Source: Azolla caroliniana (lineage: Eukaryota; Plantae; Polypodiophyta). Taken from it: 64,000 nucleotides of DNA. The translations under genes were made by a program, and so were the position numbers. The notes under the pieces were generated by a model that had not been told where the DNA came from, ran no database searches, and worked only from the letters and a program-made list of their open reading frames with translations. Positions 23,001 to 35,179 of the stretch are shown piece by piece (position 1 is the stretch's first letter; each line of letters opens with the position of its first letter). The DNA lies in the NCBI GenBank assembly GCA_043228905.1, contig JBHGNT010000004.1:11532001-11596000 (forward strand), written 5' to 3'.

Positions 23001-25418
23001 GAGGAAGAAATGCACGCATTGGCAGAGAACGGGACCTGGGACCTGGTTGATGCACCAAGAGGGGTAAAACCGATCGGGTGTAGGTGGGTGTACAAGGTCA
23101 AGTATAACACTGATGGCTCGGTCAACCGGTACAAGGCTCGGCTAGTGGCAAAGGGCTATGCGTAGAAACACAGCATCAACTACAATGAGACGTTTGCACT
23201 GGTCGCGAAAATGACGACCGTCCGTGTTTTGTTCGCAGTAGCTGCGGTGAAGGGGTGGCACTTACATCAGATGGATGTAAAGAATGCGTTCCTGCAAGGT
23301 GACCTTGAGGAACAGGTGTACATGGTACAACCCCCCGGTTTTCACTCCGGAACGAACTCCTCGGCAGTATGCCGACTAAAGAAGTCCCTTTACGGACTGA
23401 AGCAAGCCTTGCGTGCCTGGAACGCGAAGATCACGCAACAACTGCGTTGGATGGGCTTCGTCACATCAAAATCGGACTCTTCCCTGTTCATCCGGAAAGG
23501 TCGACTCGGACCGGTTAGTATTTTACTATATGTTGATGACTTGGTCATCACCGGCGCCGACCTAGCTGAAATCGACCGCGTGAAGCTCCAGCTTGCGACA
23601 TCGTTCGACATGAAGGATCTGGGGGACCTTCATTACTTCCTCGGGATCGAAGTGATCCGTACCCCCGAAGGCATATTGATCAGCCAACGTCATTACGTGC
23701 TGAGTATGCTCTTCAAATTCGGGATGGTCGACTATAAGTCCATCTCGACTCCTCTGGACAGAACCGTCAAGCTTCGTCCCGATACGGGAAAGGTATGCGA
23801 CCCGACGAGGTTCCGACAAATTGTCGGAAGCCTCATATACTTGACCATCACCCGACCCGATCTTAGTAATCCGATCGAAGTGATCAGTCAGTTCATGGCG
23901 CGACCTACCGAGGAGCACCTTCAGTGTGCGCAACGCATACTTCGGTATGTCAACGGCACTAAGGACCGGGGACTGCTATATCGGACCGGTGGAGCCGCGC
24001 AGTTAGTTGGCTACACCGATGTTGATTGGGTTGGCAACGCCGTCGATCGCCGATCCACGTCCGGATACACGTTCTCCCTCGGGAGTGCCGCGATCGCGTG
24101 GAGCAGTAAGAAGCAGCCAACAGTTGCACTGTCGAGCACCGAAGATGAGTACCGAGGAGCGGCTCTCGCGACATGCGAAGCCATATGGTTGAAGCGGCTA
24201 CTTAAGGACCTGCAAGAGCAGGTGTCAGCTCCGACGACGATCTACTGCGACAACCTCAGCAGCATCCAGCTCGCAAAAAACCCCATTTTCCACGCACAGA
24301 CTAAGCACATTGAGGTGCACTACCATTTCGTCTGTGAGCGTGTCCTTTCCGATGAAGTCGAACTTCAGTACGTTCCGACGGATCGGTAGACTGCCGACAT
24401 CTTCACCAAGCCTCTTGGTCTGGACAAGTTGCGGCAATTCTCAGGTGCGCTCGGATTGCGTCACCTCGACGTGCCAAACTTGAGGGGGAGAACAGTCTCG
24501 AACGACCAAGCAAGGCAGCAGGAAAGGAGCGGAGACCGCGACACCGAGTCGGTTGACTCGGTTGTCAAGTTCGACTTCGGATCGGCTGAAAAAACTGAGG
24601 GCAGACCCACGGAAAAATCCGGAAGCGGACAGAAGGGGAGCAGCCGAAGGAGACCACGCATGAGGAAGATGACGCCATCGAGGGCGAGAAGACCGAAGAC
24701 AAGTTGGAGACAACCAACTCGGACGAGAACGAAAACTGATCGGACGTAGCCGAGTCGGTTCGGATGTTTGATTCAGATACGCTGAATCAACCGAGGCCCA
24801 AGCGGAATAAAAGGCAACAGGAGAAGCATCAACACCGCAACAACAGAAGATCTGATAAGGGCCACATGAGCAGACAAGCCGACCGGAAGGGTCGAGGAGC
24901 GCGAGCGAGGCGTGGAGCCAGGAGGAACCGGAGCTGTGAGCCCGAAGATCCCGAAGAGCCTCAAGTTGAGCTTGAGGGGGAGTGTTCAGAGACAAGCTCA
25001 ACATTGGCCGGATCGGCTAAAGAAGCCGAGGACCGGATCGGTTGGGACCGATCGGTTAGGCCGAATGCGTAAACCGGTACGCAGACCGGTGCATAGGTAG
25101 GGCCGGATCAGTGCGTAAACCGGGAGGCCGTTAGGAAAGATATTCCGTGAGGAATATATTTGGGAGTTAGTGTAGGAGCTCTCAATGAGCATTGAAGTAT
25201 TGTTAGTACTTCTGTCAGTCCTTCTAGGACTTGTATAAAAGTGTTCATTGAATACACACATGTATAGAGTGGTGAATATAGTTCTTGTGTTCTCTCTCTC
25301 TCTCTCTCACTGTCTCTGTCTCTCCCGTGTATACTGCGTAAGCTCAAGCTCTCTATTAAACCTGAGTTTCCTTCCTTCTGTTCGGTCGTCATACTTGCTT
25401 CCGCACGCTACTTTTACA
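19676..25418 (+). mobile_element. Element D: full-length Ty1/copia retrotransposon, degenerate
   Basis: LTRs at 19676-20117 and 24983-25418 (about 18 substitutions plus a CT-microsatellite indel by eye). TSD TTATT at 19671-19675 and 25419-25423. PBS TGGTATCAGAGC at 20118-20129; PPT GAGGGGGAG at 24974-24982. Order gag-PR-INT-RT-RH. Confidence 0.95.
20190..24749 (+). pseudogene. gag-pol: gag-pol of copia D with several in-frame stops
   Basis: Motifs [78 protein letters not shown] and TKHIEVHYHF. Confidence 0.93.
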
Positions 25419-25423
25419 TTATT

Positions 25424-27081
25424 GGTGCAACACCAGGTACAATATCTATACGATGGTCTATATTACGTTTAGGAGGTAAGCCATCTGGTAGTTCACTCGG
25501 AAAAACATCACGAAAATCATTTAAGATTTTGTCAAGTTGTTGTTGTTCAAAATATGTTAATTGAATCGAGACATTATCGATATTATAAACGTGAATGTCC
25601 GGATCAAGTACACAATAAAATAGAGTAGAATAACACAACTCGGATATTGATGGACACGAGGAAACAATCGAGAGGGATTGTTTTTTTACACATTGAATAA
25701 AATGCGTACAATCGTTCAGTATAAAAGAAATGGAATGATGAACCCAATCAATAGATAAAGAAGAGTTTTTATTATAAAACCAGGGATAACCCAGTATTAC
25801 ATTGGTGGTACAAAAATTCATTACATGGAAGTCTACTTCCTCTATATGAGTATCAATAGAAATTCCTAATGAATGAATCGCCCCGTTGATGTATTGTACT
25901 CTTCCATCAGCCAAGTGCACCGTGTAGGTGTGATCACTTACGGTGGTATGGATTCCCCATATCTGAACCAAACGATCATTCACAAAATTGTGTGAGCTTC
26001 CCGAATCAAATAAAAATTGTACGGGAGATCCATTGATATACCTGTTTGCACGTAGTAAATCATTGGGACCCAATACATAGTGAGGGAAAGAACATTGACA
26101 ATTACTTAAATGATGTGTATAGACCTGAAGGACATTAGGAATCTGACCTTTATGGTCTGCAACTTTAGCTTTGTTGTCGTGATCTTTCCGTTGGAGCTTT
26201 CGACATTGATCTTTTGTATGACCCTTCTTTTTGCAGAATACACAAAAAGGATGTTGTCGCTTACAATTGCGATCCAGGAATTCGTTGGGTGTCTTGCATT
26301 TCCCAACAAATTGCGACTGCTTAGTCCTGGGCGCTTCGTTGGGTTTGTTGTGGTCCTTCTTCGAAGTGCTTTGATAGCGAAGAACTATTTCAACGGCCTC
26401 TTCGAAGGATTTTGGATCCTTATCGTACACTATCCAGTGATAGTCCGAATTGCGGATGCCATTGACAAAACAAGCTATCAACCAATTGTCCCCTTCTAGA
26501 CCCAATTTTTGGATTTGGGTTCTAGCATGGTGAACATAGTCTTCTAGCGAGGAAAATTTCCTGCTAGAGAGGTTCATTAAAGCTTGTGCGGCCTCGGTTT
26601 GAGAGGGAGGTTGCAAAAATTGGCCCTTAAAAACCGTGACAAAATCTGTCTAGGTATCGAGCAATTTCCCCATAGTACGAAGCCTACTCCACTAGGCGGC
26701 GGGCTTACCCCCGAGTTCTCGGCCGACATATGCAATCTTCGTACTATTTGGCGTGGGATAGAGCTCAAAATGAGACTCCCATCGGCCCAGCCACGTGCAG
26801 ATTGCTTCTTCGGTTCTTTCCTTTTTGTCTCCCGTAAATGGCTTAACAACAAACGATGGTTCACCCTGTCGCTCATCAGGTCTATTAGTCTCTCGTTGTA
26901 GACTAATGACACGTGCCTCAAGAGCACTCTGAGATTGCCGAAGTTCGGTCATCTGTTGAGCGGTGAAACTAAGGTATTGGGTTATTTGTGCCAAATATAT
27001 CTCAGTGGACATTTGTCCAGGAGGATTCCCTTGAGTTCGTTCCGCTTGAGCGGATGACATCGGGTCGTTAATTTGAGCCAT
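25424..27081 (-). pseudogene. gag: gag-protease of chromovirus B (one TAG at 26692)
   Basis: CVFCKKKGHTKDQC knuckle and LFDSGSSHNF protease. Homologous to 35180-36703. Confidence 0.9.
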
Positions 27082-27184
27082 TAAAGATTATTTCTGGAAA
27101 AGAAATAGGATAAGGTCAGAGAGATAGTCATAACATCATGTCGTGATGTAAACATATCATGGGAAAACATTAATCGATATCATG

Positions 27185-27344
27185 ATCTCACGTCAATACC
27201 CCTCTAGACGTATGAGATGAGGTTCAAGATTAGGTTACTATGGTAACACAAAGGTGTTTTAAAAACCATGGGGCTGACAAATAAATGTCTTTCCCTGATC
27301 TCTATATCGATTTTTTCATGGTGGCTCCCCGAGGCTCAACCATG
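27185..27344 (-). promoter_or_regulatory. Conserved structured 5'-UTR element of chromovirus B
   Basis: The main island of clear similarity between the B and L leaders; stems show compensatory substitutions. Confidence 0.6.
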
Positions 27345-28770
27345 TATGTTCGCGTCATGAATTGTTTATACACGAAAAAAATGTTAACAATAAACTATGT
27401 TTCGGTGCCCACATATGTGGTTTCGGCTCTTTAAGTCCTATTACGAGGACCCCGAGGTGCACTTAGACCTTAAGTCTAAACATGTGTTATAGTCATATGT
27501 ATGAACATCTTGGTCATATTTGAACTGGAGACCTCGAGAACAAATACATTAAACACTTGAGCCAATCCAACCAACTAAGTTGCTCTTCTCGAATGCTTAA
27601 TGTTTGATGCGTATAAGAGATATGCGAGGCATTTGATCATATATGTTTTTTTTAAAAGAACATATATGTCAAGGGTCCTTATTTCGCCCTCATTTACCAA
27701 AACTATGTTCGTACGTTACTTAACCTCAAGTCTTGTAATTACAATGGCATACGCCAAAGTGCAACCTAATGGTCAAGCCAAATGAGCCCTCATTTCATAG
27801 TAGGCCCACGTGGCCCATCACATGGTCACGTCATTACGAATGCCTCTCGTAAGAACGAGCTCATGGTGGCATCGTATCCATGTAATGAGGGAGGGATGTT
27901 GGATACGTCTGTCATTGGAGCGACCTCACTTGAAGTGGGTCAAGCCCTACGTACTCAACATCATTATGGCTATAGGCGTTTCTTTACGTAACGAAATCGA
28001 GGTCATCAACGGGGTTGTCAACAATCAAAAATTGTTGAAAAAGGGATGGTGACAACGCCATTCTCACAAAAATGTGAGGACGACCACCAACATCCTTTTC
28101 CCGACAAGGACAACTTTCGATATAATCACGTAATAACGAATATACACATATGTTTACTTATCACATATATACGATCAAATACGTATATATGTGACCACAT
28201 ATGCCTATATTAAACATATCGTTATATTAAATAGCCACAATTGATGTGATCGAGATACATAATTGAGGTATATACCTCTACACACACGAAACATCCACAA
28301 ATAAGAGATCATCGTAATACGCAATTGAGGTATTGACGTCTTACGCATACGAGACCAAACACATATCGTTTACAACAAATCAAGGTACTAAACTCATACG
28401 CAAATGTAACATATGTTCGTGAACGTAATACGTAATTGAGGTATTAACCTCATACGCATACGACACTCATCACATATTATTTATATGTCAAACGAGGTAT
28501 TGACCTCGTGCACATATGTAAACGTTTTAGATAATCAATTAAAGACCACTACAACATCATTGACTTAATGAAAAAATGACATATAAACTAAACACATTAT
28601 TAGATGGGAGAAGAGAGAATAGAAAGAAAAACAAAATATTACGGAAAGAGTTACCGAAGTTCTTTGTTGATCGTTGTCTGGATCAAGGCCGACCGCACAT
28701 CGATCGATCACCATCAATCAAAAGACAAAAGAAAAACAAAGAAACATTAGTACATAAATCTGATACCAAA

Positions 28771-29225
28771 TATTAGAGATCTAGGTACTAAAGTAAGCTT
28801 AAGATAAGGATAAACTAATGATAGATAGAAAGGAGAAAGAGAAAGAAGGGTGCCGATCCACCCGACCACCCCCGAGCGAAGGGATCGAGACGGACTCGAG
28901 CCTCGATCGGCGTCCCATACCACCACCGTGGCGTCGAGTCGTACCTGGTACTGGCGCGCTCGCTACAAGAGTTGACCCACCACAAGAGCAGAGTCTCGAT
29001 GTAGTCAAAAGATGATCAAATGAGGGTAGCTAGGCCTCTTATTTATAGCGATACCCAAGGACCCCAGGCAAGTTCACACATGACCTAATGGGTTGTCTCA
29101 ATCCCGAGGATTAAAAGTAATCCTCCCCTTCTTTACACTCTCGTTTAACCCTCACACTTATCCACATGTATAGAATACTACAGTAAATTCTCACCACAGG
29201 ATATTAAATGGTCATGCCCGTCACA
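28771..29225 (-). repeat. 5' LTR of element B
   Basis: Direct repeat of 12934-13388, followed on the minus strand by the Met-type PBS. Confidence 0.92.
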
Positions 29226-31820
29226 GAAAGAAATGCCATCGGCAGAAAATTCGGTAATGGTGGCGCTACTAAAAGAATTTTGGGACGTATTCACAGGGTC
29301 ATACAAAGACATGCAAGGATTGGACCGGAAGACCAGGAGAAGACAACATTCGTTACGGAATGGGGAGTCTTCATAGCAGTAGTAATTATGTAGACAACAC
29401 CAACAACTTTTCAGCGGATCATTATGGATATATTTGGAGAGTTCATCCCGACGTTCATCCGGGTGTTCCTAGATGATTTTGCGGTATACAACTGAAAAGG
29501 GGAACACCTGGAGCATCTCCGGTTATGTTTAGAGAAGTGTCTGAGGTACCGGTTGAGCCTGAACTCGGCGAAATGTGTGTTTGGACTGATGAGTGGAACA
29601 TTATTAGGACACATCATGAGCAAAGAAGGCATCACGGTCGATCCAGATAAAGTAAAAGCAATTTTGGGAGCACCACCGCCGGCAAATGCCAAAGCTCTAA
29701 GCCGGTTTTTAGGCCAGATCTAGTGGCACAACCGGATGCTTCGCTATTTGGCCGATTTTGCAACACCCCTACATACGGCCATACACCGAATCCCATTCCA
29801 ATGAACGGAGTCGGAAGACAGGGCATACCATGTGCTGAAAGTGATGTTCTCACAACCACCGGTGGTACAACCTCCAAATTGGACTAAGGAATTTCATATG
29901 TTTGTGGACGCATCCGATATTGCCATAGGCAACGTTCTCATGCAGTTCACCCAACCGCGGTGGTATCGGCCGGTTTATTATGCCAATAGGAAGCTCTCGC
30001 AGGCAAAGCGAAATTACTCTATGACACAACGAGAAGCCTTGGGGATGGTGTACAGTGTAACGAAGTTCCGCCACTACATTCTAGGACGAAAATTTTCCTT
30101 TCACGTGGATCATTCAGCATTGCTTTACTTGGTCTCCAAGTCACCCTTAACCGGCAAGATAGCACAGTGGACGCGCTATTACAAGAGTTCAAATTCGACA
30201 TCTACCACAGACCAGGAGTGCAACATGCAGTAGCAGATTACTTGAGCCGGTTAGAATCTAAGGAGGCAGGCGACGGAGTTCGGGACGGGTTTTCGGATGC
30301 GTAGCTGTTTAGGGTAACCGCGGAAAACATGGTGGACGAGACGGTGACCGATGAAGTTAAGTGGCTTACGAATATTCATCATTTTCTGAGCTCCGGATTG
30401 CCTTCAGAGTTAAACCGAGAGGAGTGGAAACGGTTGGCTATACAAAGCTATCACTTTTGTTTACTATAGGACATGTTATACCATAAAGGAGCCGACGGAA
30501 TTTGGCGATGTGCAATCCAGAGCAACGAAAAAGACACAATCTTACATGAAGCTCATTGTTGAGTGGCAGGACGCCATAATGTCGGAGACGCAATGGCAAG
30601 GAAAATATGGAGAAGCAGATTGTGGTGGCCCAAAACACTAAAAGACACCATCCGGTATGCAAGGGAATGCAACCTCTGCCAAAGAATGGGCCAGCCAACT
30701 GAGAAAGCAAAGATGCCATATCAGCCGGTGTTACCGTTGGATCCCTTCCAAAAATGGGGATTGGATTTTGTCGAGCCATTCAAACCATCGACGATGAGAA
30801 CCAGTAACCGGTATATTATTGTTGCAACGGATTTTGCACGAAGTGGGTGGAAACAAAAGCACACAGAGATAATACCACAACATCGACATCGAAATATCTA
30901 TATGAGCACATTTGGTGCCATTACGGATGTCTGATCGAGCTGATTAGCGATCAGGGTGGACACTTCCTCGGACAAGTGGTGGAGAGCTTAACGAAATTCT
31001 ACGCAGTGGTGCACAAGCGCAGTACGCCATACTACCCGCAGACCAACAAGACACTTCACAATATTCTACGGAAGATTGTCAATGAAAACCAGAACAATTG
31101 GGACACGAAGCTACAGAGCGTGTTATGGGCATACCGAAGAGCATATAAGACAAGTATTCGAACAACACCATTCCAGTTAGCTTTTGGATTGGAAGCGGTA
31201 ATGCCTATGGAGTTTCAGATTCCGAGTTTAGTAATATAGGTCCAAGAGAAATATTGAGAGAGAAATGTTCCTTTATCCATTCCCCATAAGGAGTTAAATA
31301 GTTACAAAAGGGTAGATACACAGGGGTGCAAGCCCCCTCAAACATTCACACCAATCACTCACTGACACCTCCTCGTATCCGTCCACATGCACTACGTAAT
31401 TACTCACACTCACAATTACACTTACACATTTACACATACACATAAACAACATTATAACATTCCACCCTCGCTCTCAGTACATCTCGTATGGTAACACATT
31501 ATGGCACGCCCATGGGACAGTGCCTTGCACATCGATCCCACATGCCTTGATCGTCATCTTTCTTCGACCGGAACTTCCATCGGTCCTCTCATCGATCGAC
31601 TTCTTTGATCGGATCGCTTGACCCAAACATCTCCGTCGGTCAACAAATATTCCTCGACATGACCATTCTCGTTCTGTCGGGTCACGAACATTGGTATTAT
31701 CCTTCATTGGGTTTTTACAACATTGTGTGTATGTGTATTATTCCTCTCGTTGATTTTGTGTCAGTTGTGGTGAGTCCATCTCGTCCATTGCCTCATATAT
31801 TTTAAAATTTGTTATGACGT

Positions 31821-32292
31821 TGTTAAGAGTCTATTACTAATCAATAGACCAAATCAAGTAAAAAGGAAGAAAATAGATTGGATAGAAGAACCCGTTCCAC
31901 CCGACCACCCCCGAGCTATGATCTAGACATAGCCAACCTACCACCGACGTCCCATACCGCCGGATATTAGGATGACTAATACCTTGGAAGAGATAAACAC
32001 GATCGTCGAGACGAAAGCCTAGCCCGCACCACCGGTGTCTACGACAGCAGCCTTCCGACGTGATTCCTATGAGGGTAGCTAAGCCTCATATTTATACCTT
32101 TTCCTAGGCCCCTTGAATAGATGTGCCTTTCTTAAAAGGCTCTCTATTCATTGGTTGTCTAAATCATGATAGTGCATGCACATATCATTCATTCTATCCA
32201 ATCATTAGTCCCCTTTTTAATAATAGTGAACATACCCTTCACTAATGTAAATATTAGTGACCTACCCTCACCAACGTTATGTGTACATAACA
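31821..32292 (-). repeat. 3' LTR of element L
   Basis: Apparently identical to 38294-38765. Confidence 0.97.
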
Positions 32293-32299
32293 TACTCCC

Positions 32300-35179
32300 C
32301 TACTTCAAAAGATTGCACTCTTGCAATATAAAGTGAGGAAATTGTGCCTTAAGCGAATGCTCGCGTTCCCATGTGGCATCATCAATAGGTTTATCCATCC
32401 ATTTGATCTTGAATAGCCGAATCTCTTTAGAACGTAAACGTTTAGTACGAGAATCAAGAATTCGTTCAGGAACATGAGGTTTGTAAGAAAAATCCTCTAA
32501 TGTTACAAGATCTTGGATTGTGATGGTGTTATCACCAGAGCCTAAAAATGGTTTTAGACGACTGACGTGAAAAACAGGATGAATACCAACATTACGAGGT
32601 AAGGCAAGGTGATAAGCAGATGACCCAACTCGCTTAAGGATTTCAAATGGGCCACAATATCGTGGGGCTAACTTAGCGCACTTGCCCGTAGATAATGACG
32701 TAGAATCAGTCGGGACACGCAAAAAAACTTTTTGACCAATAGTAAATGCACGAGGACGTCTATCCTGATCAGCATAAAATCGAGCACGATCTTGAGCTGT
32801 CTTGACATTTTCTTTGGCAATATGCAACATTTGGTTCATGTCTTGCAAAAAAATGCGTGTACTGTCTAATGTATCACGATGAATCGTGACATCAACTGGG
32901 GCACGTGGCTGAAAACCATACATCAACATAAAAGGACTATATCCAGTGGATGTATGTTTAGAGCTATTATAGGCAAATTCTAAGATAGGAAGGTATTGCT
33001 CCCACTTAGAAGGGGTTTTTGCTACATAAGCTCGAAGCATGTCCTCAATAATTTGATTAACTCGTTCAGTTTGTCCATCAGACTGAGGATGATCTGCGGA
33101 ACTCATGCTCAACGTAGTTTCTAGTTTCTTAAAGACCTGAGTCCAAAAGTCACTAGTAAACTTGGAATCTCGATCACTAACAATATCCATCGGTAATCCA
33201 TAAAAACGAAATAACTCATCAACAAATTGATAAGCCAACTGTTGAGCGGTTACCGTGGTTTTTGTAGGAATAAATCTAGCTAATTTTGTTAGCCTGTCAA
33301 CGACAACCCATATGGCATCATGACCCCTCTGTGTACGAGGTAAACTAACAATAAAATCCATCGAGATACTTTCCCATTTATTGTTGGGAATATCTAAGGG
33401 ATGTAAAAGACCAGCAGCTTTAAGTCGTTCCGACTTATTAATCTGACATTGTAAGCATTGAGTTACGTATTTATGCACGTCAGAGAGCATCTTAGGCCAG
33501 AAAAAAGTACACGAGATGAGAACGAGTGTGCGTTGTATTCCAGGATGACCAGCAAATGGTGCATCATGACATTCATGAAAAATTTTCTGTTTAACATTTG
33601 GTAAATCTGGAACACAGACCTTTCCACTACGGTAGAGCAAACCGTTTGTAATGTGAAAGGTCGCCTTCGAGGGTAGGGTGCTAGTATTGGCATCTAAACC
33701 AGATTCAGCTTTCGTCCAGTATTTTGAGAAATAACTGTCATCAAGGTATTTCCCTCGAAGGTGATCTAAAAGATCAGATTTTATTTCCGTGAAGCTAAGC
33801 ATGTTAACTTCTTTAATGCGACTAAGAGCATCAGCAACGGTGTTCATAGAACCCTTGCGATAGCGTATGGAAAAATCAAAATCTTGCATAAGGTCAGCCC
33901 AACGGCCTTTACGACCAACAAGATCGGGCTGGTCACAAAAATACTTTAATGATTGATGGTCTGTTGTAACCACAAATTTATTTCCATAGAGATAGTGCCT
34001 CCATGTTTTAAGTGCGTGTATCACCGCAAACAACTCTTTCTCTTGAACCGAATACCGAGATTGAGCAGCATCAAGCTTCTTACTTTCAAAAGCAATAGGG
34101 TGCCCACCTTGATAAAGAACTGCACCAATAGCATAATCACTAGCATCGGTTTCAATTGAGAAAGGCTTAGAAGGGTCTGGTAATAGAAGAGTGGGAGCCT
34201 GACACACATGCTCCTTGAGTGTCTCAAATGATTTGTCAAGTTGTTCATTCCATGAAATTGGTTTGACAGACTTACGTGGATGACCTTTTAAAAGGTCAGT
34301 TAATGGCGTAGTCAATTTGGAATAGTTACGAATTGATTTTCGTAAAAATCCAACAAACCCTAAGAATGATCTAAGTTCACGAATATTACGAGGAATGGGC
34401 CAAAGTTTAACCTTTTCAATACGAGAAGGTTCAATTTCAACGCCATTTTCTGTAATTAAATGACCTAGGTACACAATAGATTTTTGGAAGAAGGCACATT
34501 TTGAATGTTTTGCATAGAAAGAGTTGTCACGCAACTTTCGCAAAACAAATCGAACATGTTGAACATGATCTTGCAAGGTACGGCTATATATCAAAATATC
34601 ATCCAAGAAGACGACAACAAAATCACCGAGTTGATCTCGGAAAACATCATTCATCGCTTGTTGGAATGTGGCTGGAGCATTAGTCAACCCAAATGGCATG
34701 ACTAAAAACTCATAATGGCCATAGCGCGTACGAAAAGCGGTTTTAGGAATATCATCCTCGGCGATGCGAATCTGATGATAACCAGTTCGTAAGTCAATTT
34801 TCGTAAAATATCGAGCCCCGTGCAAACGATCAATCAAATCATCGGCACGAGGTAATGGATATGCATTCTTAATTGTCATTTTATTCAAACGGCGATAATT
34901 GATACACATTCGCCACGAACCTTCCTTCTTCTTGACTAATAGAACTGGCGCACCCCAAGGTGATTTACTATACCTAATGTGGCCCATACTCAAGTATTTC
35001 TTAAGTTGTTTAGCGATCTCATCCTCTTCTAATCGACTAAGTCGGTAAGGTGGAATGCTCACAGGAGCAGCCCCAGGGATGAGTTCAATTTGATGGTCCA
35101 CATTACGTTTAGGTGGTAAAGTAAGCGGTAATTCAGTAGGAAACACATCTTGAAAATCCTCTAAAATAGAGTCGAGTAA
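32300..35179 (-). CDS. pol: Pol of element L (RT, RNase H, integrase, chromodomain), uninterrupted and in frame with gag-PR
   Basis: 948-aa ORF with [30 protein letters not shown] and a C-terminal chromodomain. Separated from gag-PR by a single TGA at 35180-35182. Confidence 0.92.
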   Translation of the reverse strand, partial: LLDSILEDFQDVFPTELPLTLPPKRNVDHQIELIPGAAPVSIPPYRLSRLEEDEIAKQLKKYLSMGHIRYSKSPWGAPVLLVKKKEGSWRMCINYRRLNKMTIKNAYPLPRADDLIDRLHGARYFTKIDLRTGYHQIRIAEDDIPKTAFRTRYGHYEFLVMPFGLTNAPATFQQAMNDVFRDQLGDFVVVFLDDILIYSRTLQDHVQHVRFVLRKLRDNSFYAKHSKCAFFQKSIVYLGHLITENGVEIEPSRIEKVKLWPIPRNIRELRSFLGFVGFLRKSIRNYSKLTTPLTDLLKGHPRKSVKPISWNEQLDKSFETLKEHVCQAPTLLLPDPSKPFSIETDASDYAIGAVLYQGGHPIAFESKKLDAAQSRYSVQEKELFAVIHALKTWRHYLYGNKFVVTTDHQSLKYFCDQPDLVGRKGRWADLMQDFDFSIRYRKGSMNTVADALSRIKEVNMLSFTEIKSDLLDHLRGKYLDDSYFSKYWTKAESGLDANTSTLPSKATFHITNGLLYRSGKVCVPDLPNVKQKIFHECHDAPFAGHPGIQRTLVLISCTFFWPKMLSDVHKYVTQCLQCQINKSERLKAAGLLHPLDIPNNKWESISMDFIVSLPRTQRGHDAIWVVVDRLTKLARFIPTKTTVTAQQLAYQFVDELFRFYGLPMDIVSDRDSKFTSDFWTQVFKKLETTLSMSSADHPQSDGQTERVNQIIEDMLRAYVAKTPSKWEQYLPILEFAYNSSKHTSTGYSPFMLMYGFQPRAPVDVTIHRDTLDSTRIFLQDMNQMLHIAKENVKTAQDRARFYADQDRRPRAFTIGQKVFLRVPTDSTSLSTGKCAKLAPRYCGPFEILKRVGSSAYHLALPRNVGIHPVFHVSRLKPFLGSGDNTITIQDLVTLEDFSYKPHVPERILDSRTKRLRSKEIRLFKIKWMDKPIDDATWEREHSLKAQFPHFILQECNLLK

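Larger units (their letters stand above)
12934..29225 (-). mobile_element. Element B: Ty3/gypsy chromovirus, full length but degenerate, interrupted by C and D
   Basis: 455-bp LTRs at 12934-13388 and 28771-29225 (about 17 differences by eye). Met-type PBS TGGTATCAGA at 28759-28768; PPT AGAGGGGGAGTA at 13389-13400; near-TSD AAAAG/GAAAG. Gag-PR 25424-27081, RT-RH 19526-19670 plus 14971-15996, integrase 13960-14934, chromodomain 13400-13570. Confidence 0.93.
10091..31250 (+). mobile_element. Element K: deleted Athila-like gypsy internal region (10091-12933 plus 29226-31250), split by element B
   Basis: Contains gag (10180-11880, CCHC knuckles) and protease (IVNGGSGVNI, 12141-12600). The reading KPVNVAK|EMPSAEN...LLKEFWDVF resumes across the B insertion. 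RT with a large internal deletion near 29310, RNase H 29832-30250 and integrase 30560-31240 follow; all are homologous to element A. Confidence 0.85.

Noticed and set aside
19676-25418. Nested D appearing as old as or older than its host B
   Set aside because: By-eye LTR differences (about 18 versus about 17 in ~450 bp) are indistinguishable, so there is no real conflict.
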